Shown piece by piece: positions 51,319 to 64,000 of a stretch of 64,000 nucleotides of DNA. The notes under the pieces are model-generated. The model was not told the origin of the DNA. It ran no database searches and saw only the letters and a program-made list of their open reading frames with translations. Source of the stretch: the human T2T-CHM13v2.0 reference genome, Homo sapiens; the NCBI RefSeq assembly GCF_009914755.1, contig NC_060935.1. One strand, written 5' to 3'. Position 1 is the first letter of the stretch; each line of letters starts with the position of its first letter. A program made the translations under genes and the position numbers.

Positions 51319-54300
51319 CGGGGGACCTCCCTTGGGAGATCAATCCCATGTCCTCCAGTTCTTTGCTCTGTGAAAAAGATCCACCTACAACCTCAGGTCC
51401 TCAGACCCACCAGCTCAAGGAACATCTCACCAATTTTAAATTGGGCAAGCAGCCTCTTCTTACTCTCTTCTCCAACCTCTCTCACTGTCCCTCAACCACT
51501 TTCTCCTTTCCACTCTTCAATCTCTCCCTTCTCTTAATTTCAATTCCTTTCATTTTCTGGTAGAGACAAAGGAGACACATTTTATCTGTGGACCCAAAAC
51601 TCCAGTGCAGGTCACGGACTGGGAAGGCAGCCTTCCCTTGGTGTTTAATCATTGCAGGGAAGCCTCTCTGATTATTCACCCACGTTTCAAAGGTGTCAGA
51701 CCATGCAGGGACACCTGCCTTGGTCCTTCACCCTTAGCGGCAAGTCCTGCTTTTCTGTGGGAGGGGAAAGTACCCCAACCACTTTTCTCCATGTCTCTAC
51801 CCCTTCTCCACCTTTCTGGGGGACAAGAAACCCCCAACCCCTTTTCCTTCACCCTTAGTGGCAAGACCCACTTTTCTTGGGGAGGGGCAAGTACCACATC
51901 TTATCTCTGCACCCGAATCCCTTATATCCATGCCCTGACCTCTTATCTCTGTGCCCCAATCCCTTATTTCTACAAACTGACCTCTTATATCTCTGCACCC
52001 CAATCCCTTATTTCCATGCCTGGACCTCGTATCTCTGTGCCCTGACCCCTTTCCCACTTTTCTGGAGGGGAAGAACCCCCAAACCCCTTCCCTCCATGTC
52101 TCTACTCTCTCTTCTCTCTGGGCTTGCTTCCTACACTATGGGCAACCTTCCACCCTCCATTCCTCCTTCTTCTCCCTTAGCCTGTGTTTTTAAGAACTTA
52201 AAACCTCTTCAACTCTCACCTGACCTAAAATCTAAGCATCTTATTTTCTTCTGCAATGCCGCTTGACCCCAATACAAACTCAACAATAGTTCCAAATAGC
52301 CAGAAAATGGCACTTTCAATTTTTCCATCCTGCAAGATCTAAATAATTCTTGTCATAAAATAGGCAAACGGTCTGAGGTGCCTGACATCCAGGCATTCTT
52401 TTCCACATTGGCCCCTCCCTAGTCTCTGTGCCCAAAGCAACTCATCCCAAATCTTCCTCCTTTCCCTCCTGCCTGTCCCCTCAGTCCCAAACCCAAGCAT
52501 TGCTGAGTCTTTCTAATCTTCCTGTTCTACAGACCCATCTGACCTCTCCCCTCCTTCCCAGGCTGCTCCTCGCCAGGCCGAGCTAGGTCCCAATTCTTCC
52601 ACAGCCCCCGCTCCTCCACCCTGTAATCTTCTTATCACCTCCCCTCCTCACACCCGGTCCCGCTTACAGTTTCATTCCGTGACTAGCCCTCCCCAACCTG
52701 CCCAGCAATTTACTCTTAAAAGGGTGGCTGGAGCTAAAGACATAGTCAAGGTTAATGCTCCTTTTTCTTTATCCCAAATCAGATAGCGTTTAGCCTCTTT
52801 TTCATCAAATATAAAAATCCAGCCCAGTTCATGGCTTGTTCGGCAGCAACCCTGAGAGGCTTTACAGCCCTAGACCCTAAAAAGTCAAAAGGCCGTCTTA
52901 TTCTCAATATACATTTTATTTCCCAATCTGCTCCCTACATTAAATAAAACTCCAAAAATTAAATTCTGGCCCTCAAACCCCACAAAAGATTTAATTAACC
53001 TTACCTTCAAGGTGTACCATAATAGAAAAAAGTTGTAATTCCTTACCTCCACTGTGAGACAAACCCCAGCCACATCTCCAGCACAGAAGAACTTCCAAAC
53101 GCCTGAACTGCAGCGGCCAGGTGTTCCTCCAGAACCTCCTCCCCCAGGAGCTTGCCACAAGTGCCAGAAATCTGGCCACCAGGCCAAGGAATTCCTGCAC
53201 CCCAGGATTCCTCCTAAGCTGCGTCCCATCTGTGCGGGACCCCACTGGAAATCGGACTGTTCAACTCACCTGGCAGCCACTCCCAGAGCCCCTGGAACTC
53301 TGGCCCAAGCCTCTCTGACTGACTCCTTCTCAGCTTAGCGGCTGAAGACAGATGCTGCCCGATTGCCTCGGAAGCCCTGTAGACCATCATGGACCCCGAG
53401 CTTTAGGTAACTCTCACAGTGGAGGGTAAGTCTGTCCCCTTCTTAATCAATACGGAGGCTACCCACTCCACATTACCTTCTTTTCAAAGGCCTGTTTCCC
53501 TTGCCTCCATAACTGTTGTGGGTATTGACGGCCAGGCTTCTAAACCTCTTAAAACTCCCGAACTCTGGTGCCAACTTAGACAATACTCTTTTAAGCACTC
53601 CTTTTACTTATCCCCACCTGCCCAGTTCCCTTATTAGGCTGAGACACTTTAACTAAATTATCTGCTTCCCTGACTATTCCTGGGCTACAGCCACACCTCA
53701 TTGCTGACTTTTCCCCCAGTTCAAAGCCTCCTTCACATCCTCCTCTTGTATCCCCCCACCTTAACCCACAAGTATAGGATACCTCTACTCCCTCCTTGGT
53801 GACCGATCATGCACCTCTTACCATCTCATTAAAACCTAATCACCCTTACTCCACTCAACGCCAATATCCCATCCCACAGCATGCTTTGAAAGGATTAAAG
53901 CCTGTTATCACTCACCTGCTACAGCATGGCCTTTTAAAGCTCCTTACAGTTGCCCCATTTTACCTGTCCTAAAACTAGACAAGCCTTACAAGTTAGTTCA
54001 GGATCTGCACTCTATCAACCAAATTGTTTTGCCTATCCACCCTGTGGTGCCAAACACATATACTCTCCTATCCTCGATACCTCCCTCCACAATCCATTAT
54101 TTTGTTCTGGATCTCAAACATGCTTTCTTTACTATTCCTTTGCACCCATCATCCCAGCCTCTCTTCGCTTTCACTTGGACTGACCCTGACACCCATCAGG
54201 CTCAGCAAATTACCTGGGCTGTACTGCCACAAGGCTTCACAGACAGCCCCCATTACTTCAGTCAAGCCCAAATTTCATCCTCATCTGTTACCTACCTCAG

Positions 54301-56155
54301 CATAATTCTCATAAAAACACACGTGCTCTCCCTGCTGATCGTGTCCGATTAATCTCCCAAACCTCAATCCCTTACAAAACAACAACCCTTTCCTTCCTAG
54401 GCATGGTTAGGGCGGTCAGAATTCTTACACAAGAGCCAGGACCGCACCCTGTAGCCTTTCTGTCCAAACAACTTGACCTTATTGTTTTAGCCAAGACATC
54501 AGATCTCTGTGCAGCGGCTGCTGCCGCTCTAATACTTTAAGAGGCCCTCAAAATCACAAACTATGCTCAACTCACTCTCTACATTTCTCATAACTTCCAA
54601 AATCTATTTTCTTCCTCACAGCTGATGCATATACTTTCTGCTCCACTGCTCCTTCAGCTGTACTCACTCTTTGTTAAGTCCCACAATTACCATTGTTCCT
54701 GGCCCAGACTTCAGTCCGGCCTCCCACATTATTCCTGATACCGCACCTGACCCCCATGACAGTATCTCTCTGATCCACCTGACATTCACCCCATTTCCCC
54801 ATATTTCCTTCTTTCCTGTTCCTCACCTGATCAAGCTTGATTTATTGATGGCAGTTCCACCAGGCCTAATCGCCACACACCAGCAAAGGCAGGCTATGCT
54901 ATAGTACAACCCACTAGCCCACCTCTTAGAACCTCTCATTTTCTTTCCATCGTGGAAATCTATCCTCAAGGAAATAACTTCTCAGTGTTCCATCTGCTAT
55001 TCTACTACTCCTCAGGGATTATTCAGGCCCTTCCCTACACATCAAGCTCGAGGATTTGCCCCCATCCAGGACTGGCAAATTAGCTTTACTCAACATGCCC
55101 CGAGTCAGATAACTAAAATACCTCTTGGTCTAGGTAGACACTTTCACTGGATAGGTACAGGCCTTTCCTACAGGGTCTGAGAAGGCCACCGCAGTCATTT
55201 CTTCCCTTCTGTCAGACATAATTCCTCAGTTTAGCCTTCCCACCTCTATACAGTCTGATAACAGACCAGCCTTTATTAGTCAAATCAGCCAAGCAGTTTT
55301 TCAGGCTCTTAGTATTCAGTGAAACCTTTATATCCCTTACAGTCCTCAGTCTTCAGGAAAAGTAGAATGGACTAAAGGTATTTTAAAAACACACCTCACC
55401 AAGCTCAGCCACCAACTTCAAAAGCACTGGACAATACTTTTACCACTTTCCCTTCTCAGAAGTCAGACCTGTCCTCAGAATGCTACAAAATACAGCCCAT
55501 TTGAGCTCCTGTACAGATGCTCCTTTTTATTAGGCCCCAGTCTCATTCCAGACACCAGACCAAGTTAGACTGTGCCCCCAAAAAACTTGTCATCCCTACT
55601 ATCTGCTGTCTGTCATACTCCTATTCACCGTTCTCAACTACTCATACATGCCCTGCTCTTGTTTACACTGCCAGTTTACACTGTTTCTCCAAGCCATCAC
55701 AGCTGATATCTCCTGGTGCTATCCCCAAACTGCCACTCTTAACTCTTGAAGTAAATAAAGAATCTTTGCTGGCAGGACTATGCTGAATCTCCTTAGGCAC
55801 TCTCTAATCAGATGTCCTAGATCCTCCCAATTCTTAGACCTTTAATACCTGTTTTTCTCCTTCTCTTATTCCATTTAGTTTTTCAATTCATACAAAACTG
55901 TATCCAGGCCATCACCAATAATTCTAAATGACAAATGTTCCTTCTAACAACCCCACAATATCACCCCTTACCACAAAATCTTCCTTCAGCTTAATCTCTC
56001 CCACTCTAGGTTCCCACACGGTCCCTAATCCTGCTCGAAGCAGCCCTGAGAAACATCGCCCATTATCTCTCCATACCATCCCCCAAAATTTTCGCTGTCC
56101 CAACACTTTACCACTATTTCATTTTATTTTTCTTATTAATATAAGAAGACAGGAA

Positions 56156-56569
56156 CGTCAGGCCTCTGAGCCCAAGCTAAGCCATCATATCCCCTGTGAC
56201 CTGCACATATACATCCAGATGGCCGGTTCCTGCCTTAACTGATGATATTCCACCACAAAAGAAGTGAAAATGGCCTATTCCCACCTTAACTGATGACATT
56301 TATCTTGTGAAATTCCTTCTCCTGGCTCATCCTGGCTCAAAACCTCCCCCACTGAGTACCTTGTGACCCCCACTCTGCCCGCCAGAGAACAACCCCCCTT
56401 TGACTGTAATTTTCCTTTACCTATCCAAATCCTATAAAATGGCCCCACCCCTATCTCCCTGCACTGACTCTCTTCTCAGACTCAGCCTGCCTGCACCCAG
56501 GTGAAATAAACAGCCATGCTGCTCACATAAAGCCTGTTTGGTGGTCTCTTCACGTGGATGTGCATTAAA
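56156..56569 (+). promoter_or_regulatory. 3' LTR7
   Basis: Direct repeat of the 5' LTR, preceded by aagaagacaggaa. Confidence 0.93.
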
Positions 56570-57701
56570 CAGGTGTCCTCACGCCCACCAGCCCAGAGTG
56601 CTCTCTGGAGGAAGGCTACAGACACTTCCTGGTTCACTCATCCAGACGTTAGCTGTCTTGCTGAAACTCCTTTTTTCACCCTTGAAAACCACTGGAAGAA
56701 TGGCCCAGAACCCAGCTATCTTGAGTAAGTTCACTTAAAGAAGCAAAATCTAACATGAGTGGCAAAACGGACATTGGCACCAAGAGTGTGGGTCGGAGTC
56801 CTGCCCCTTGGAAGTACATTATCGCTTGTACAGTGTACCCCCCAGGCACCAAGAGACCAGGCTGAGACCCTTCAGTGGCCCTGGGCCTCTGGTTCGTGTC
56901 TTCCCTCCTGGCACACAGGCAGTCCCTCATAAAACAATGAGTACTGAAAGTTCCAGCCTTCTGGGTGGGTTCTCAGCACCCCGTCATGAGCCACACCCTG
57001 CCACAGGGAAATCAGGGTCACCCTGATGCTACCCCTAGGCCAGTTCCCCTTCTGCAGTGCCCCAGGCTGGCACCCCTATACTTAGATCTCTTCAGCCTCC
57101 TCATGAAAACCTTCTTGTCCATCACCCCAGCATTCCCTGGACTGTGCCAAATGAGCAGCTGACCACACGTCAGATCAATTTTCAGAGTTTGAATTTGGTT
57201 TAATATTCATGGCTTATCCAAAAGATCTTGTCACCATAGCTAGATGAAAAAAATGACAAGGCTCTGGAGAAGCAGAGCCACAAGATGGAAGATACCTGGG
57301 TCCCAGGTTCATGAGGAGAGGAGCTTCCTGCTCCACAGACTGTCACATGAGTGGGAATGAAACTTTTGCTGTGTTTAGACCATTACCTTTCTTCACTCTG
57401 TCACATAGTCTATCCCCGCTAAACAGAACTTGACCTCCGCCAGACCGTTTACATCAAGACCTGTATGTGTAGTGCAGTGGCCTGAGCCTCCAATCCATAC
57501 CCCACCTATCCAGCCGGCCTTACCATATTCTTACTCTGAGAGTGGTTTTCTGGGGGCCGAAGCTCAGCGCATAGAATTGACTAATGCCAGATCCTTCAGG
57601 CGCTTTGCACTTTGAAGTCTATCTGTCCTAGCACATTCCAAGTACAAAGAAGACACTTCAGCAGTACAATCTGGCCTACACTCAGTTCAATTCCTTCTTC
57701 A

Positions 57702-58939
<1,238 letters not shown>

Positions 58940-59569
58940 TCTGCTCCATTTTTCTATGAACCTAGAACTTCTCTAACACATTAAGTCTATTTAAAAGGAA
59001 AAAAAAAATCCCTATCCCCAGGATAGCATTACCTTTGGGAGGAGAGGAGCTAGCGTTAGGGAGGGGAGAATGAGGCACTCAGGCAAGCTGGCCATGCCCT
59101 GTTCCTTGATCTGCATGGCGTGCATGTGCTTTACTTTGTGAAAGCTCACCCAGTTATCCACTTTGGATATGTGAACAAAAATTTTTAAGAAAACTTCACC
59201 TGCAGTTATCTGACCTACACTTTTAAACAATAAAGAAATCCTAGGCACGTGGAGCCCTGGGTAACTCATGGAGCAAGGGGGTGCGGAACGCTTTCCATAG
59301 CCAGCCTCAGTCCCACCAGGATGGGCTGCTAGGTGACAGCAGGACAGGCTCATGAGGACCAGCCATCACCCAAATGCTCTGGTCCTCCTGGCTACCTGCC
59401 GATGGCTCAAGCTGTTTGGTCTACAGTGCCAAAAGCTCAGGAAGAAGGACAGCTAGGACAACCCCATAGTTTCAGCAACACGGAGGCCATCAAGATCCAT
59501 TTTGAAACCATATGGAATGGGTGGTGGGGACAGAAGCTTGTTTGGAAAAGGTTGAAAAATGAGTGGAGG

Positions 59570-59870
<301 letters not shown>

Positions 59871-59908
59871 GAAAAGTGGGTGGAAGTTAAGAAAGTCAAA
59901 GATGGTCC

Positions 59909-60104
59909 ATGTGGTAGGCAGAATAACGGCCCCCAAAGATGTCCACAGACCTTAATCCCCAGGACCACTGATTATGTTACCAGAGATTGATGGTAAAAGG
60001 GACTTGGCAGATGTGATTAAGTTCAGGATTTTGAGTGGGGGAGATTATCCTGGATTATCTGGAAGGGGTTTATATAATCACAAGAGTCCTTAAAAGGAGG
60101 AAGG
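59909..60104 (+). mobile_element. MLT1-like LTR fragment
   Basis: tgtggtaggcagaataacggcccccaaagatgtccac...gagattatcctggattatc. Confidence 0.7.
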
Positions 60105-60420
<316 letters not shown>

Positions 60421-61202
60421 ATAAAACGGAAATGGTTTATACTGGATCATGCTACCTGGGGAATGCAGAGAGGGGATATTCCCAAGCAGGGAGTGTCTTT
60501 TCTCCTACGATTGACTCTGGAACAGTGAGGAGCTGCTGGATTCTATCAACAGTTCGAGAGTGCCCTATATAACCAGCTCTCAACTCACTCACCCCCAGCT
60601 GTTTGGTGTCTATGAATGACAATTTCGAGGTGAACAAACAACATCCTGTTTGGAGGGCTGCTACTCTGGCTAAGGATGGTAAAAATCAGTCAGCTCAGTG
60701 AGCTGAATTGCATGCTGTTTTCCTAGCCACTGATTTATACTAGAATGATGCCAGTAACTGATTTTCAAAGAATCATGGTATGTGTCCCAAAGTGTTCCAC
60801 AGGAGTGTGATATTGTGAAATATATATTTGATCAGTTGAACAGTGGTAGAAGCCCCCTGTTTGGGTTTTTACTGACTCCTGGGCAGTGACCAGTGTCTTG
60901 GCTGTACACTCAGGCAAGAGGGCAATCGCCACCTGGCTTATTAACGGATGTCCATATGGGGCACAGCCCTGTGGAGAGGTGAAAGATGCCTTGAAGTAGA
61001 ACAGGTTCACGCCCATCAGAAAAACTCCCTTCCAGGCTCAGGAGGTGGCTGGAGTCACCAAGTGGATTTTTTGTGTGTGCTCCTGTGAGGTGGTCACCTG
61101 GGCCCATGAAATGAGTGAACAAGGCCGTTCTGCAGCAGTGCAGAGATGGGCTGAATCTAGCCATGCCCCTTGGGCTCAAAATGCCAATAAGAACTGTTCT
61201 GT

Positions 61203-61485
61203 CACTGGGTGCGGTGGCTCAAGCCTGTAGTTCCAGCACTTTGGGAGGCCGAGACGGGTGGATCACCTGAGGTTGGGAGTTTGAGACCAGCCTGACCAAC
61301 ATGGAGAAACCCCATCTCTACTAAATATACAAAATTACCGGGGCGTGGTGGTGCTTGCCTATAATCCCAGCTGAGGCAGGAGACTTGCTTGTACCCAGGA
61401 GGCGGAGGTTGCGGTGAGCCGAGATGATGCCATTGGACTCCGGCCTGGGCAACAAGAGTGGGACAACGTCTCAAAAAAAAAAAAG
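61203..61485 (+). mobile_element. Alu
   Basis: Alu body plus poly(A); flanked by aagaactRttctgtc TSD-like repeats. Confidence 0.9.
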
Positions 61486-61705
61486 AACTATTCTGTCTGC
61501 CAGCAAGAGAAACAGAGACTGCCCACGGCTGCGAGGCACATTCACTGGTGGGAAAGCTCTTAACATAACTGGCAAGTGAGATGGATGCTGGCAGCCCTGG
61601 GGGGCTGCATCTAGGTCTTGACAGGAATAGACACTGTCTCTGGACTGGGTTTTGTTTGTTTTTAGAAGATGCAAACAGCAGAGTGCAATTAAAAAAAAGA
61701 AAAAA

Positions 61706-62000
61706 GGCCAAGCATGGTGGCGCATGCCTGTAATCCCAGCACTTTGGGAGGCTGAGGCAGGCAGATGACCTGAGGTCAGGAGTTCAAGACCAGCCTGGCA
61801 AACATGGTGACACCCCGTCACTACAAAAATACAAAAAAAAAATTAGCCAATCCCAGCTACTCGGGAGGCTGAGGTGGAAGAATCACCTGAACCCAGGAGG
61901 CGGAGGTTGCAGTGAGCCGAGATCATGCCATTGCACTACAGCCTGGGAGACAGAGGGAGACTCTGTCTCACACAAAAAAAAAAAAAAGAAAAAAAAAACA
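61706..62000 (+). mobile_element. Alu
   Basis: Alu body with a short internal deletion, plus poly(A). Confidence 0.9.
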
Positions 62001-62192
62001 GAACAGGAGATAGTGCATGAATCTTGATGGCCAACGTCATTGCTTCAGAAAAAGGAGCACTCTGTACAGCCCATAATGTCCAACAATGGGCAGAGAGGCA
62101 TCCTCTTCAGAGTCATAATTTGGCACAGAAGTAGAACAGGCAATTCAAACCCTGGTTGTTTAAAACGGGGGAGGTGAAAGCAGAAGGGCTGG

Positions 62193-62969
<777 letters not shown>

Positions 62970-63097
62970 ACTGGCTTGCACACTCACAAAGTGTGCAATG
63001 CTAAATACTTAGCATGAGTGGTCTAAAGGAGTGGACTTCCAGATTTTTCTCCATTTTTTGGGTTGATCTGGGGAAGGGGGGATGGGGAGGATGCTGA

Positions 63098-63407
<310 letters not shown>

Positions 63408-64000
63408 AATGAACAGTTCTTGAATGAATGAGACAGTGAAGAAGACTACCAGAACAAGAGCAGATCAAAGGTGAATAAGTGAGTAGTAGCTTCTGATTAA
63501 TCCTCATCAGCAACCAACATAACCCAGGGCTTATAGATTTCTCTGTGTAATATGCTACACACACGTCTACGGAAAGAGAGAGAGAGAGAAGCACATCAGT
63601 CAAGCAATTTTCAAAAGTTACTCTAAATGTGCTGTGTTGGTCTTGTATTACAATCTTTAGATTACACTACTATTTTATTTCAAACAGGACTGGTAGAAAC
63701 TTCTTCATGCCTTTTCAACCAAAGGCCTTCAATCCTATAAAAATGATCACCTTGTTCTTTGACCAAGTACCAACCTTAGAAAGTTATGCAGCAAACACCA
63801 TCTGACTTAGATTATTTGAAAAGTAACTGGATCAATCCCCCTTTACCCCAAACATCTAAACGGAACAATTTTCTTTTCTTCGGGATGCATCATAATCCTC
63901 AAACTGCAGAGCCACTTGGCGATGAAGCCAGGATCACAGTGCATTTGATAACTTCATGCAACTTTTTACTAGCACTTAATACTCAGATATGAAATCTGTA

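Larger units (their letters stand above)
50886..56569 (+). mobile_element. HERV-H provirus, common ~5.7-kb deleted form (LTR7-int-LTR7), non-coding
   Basis: LTRs at 50886-51298 and 56156-56569; tRNA-His PBS; gag zinc finger CHKCQKSGHQAKE, protease FLINTEATHS, RT LDLKHAFF/LPQGFTDSP; polypurine tract before the 3' LTR. Confidence 0.95.

Overview
Primate (human or great-ape) genomic DNA. It is not prokaryotic and contains no intact conventional gene. The window is a mosaic segmental duplication of the OR7E ('7E SD') type. From left to right: (1) the 3' three exons (9-11) of a UNC93B1 paralogue on the minus strand (2.15-6.9 kb); (2) a ~22.85-kb cassette bounded by two ~2.5-kb direct repeats, each carrying the same HERV-K LTR5A insertion, which encloses two OR7E olfactory-receptor pseudogenes and a SATR-type satellite block with an LTR-less HERV-E-like gag-pro-pol fragment in its middle; (3) a repeat-dense block with an orphan EVA1C exon, an LTR5B-like solo LTR, a ~5.7-kb HERV-H provirus, MaLR LTRs, a tailless U2 fragment and many Alus. 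The two most notable observations both concern the UNC93B fragment. It keeps a fully open spliced frame (aa ~364-597) with canonical splice sites and a poly(A) signal, and a same-strand LTR5A with an in-phase splice donor lies 483 nt upstream. It also carries a CCT codon at the R525-equivalent position, which from memory matches a reported dinucleotide R525P gain-of-function allele of UNC93B1. Repeat family names and reference-protein comparisons are from memory, not from database searches, and most repeat boundaries are approximate.
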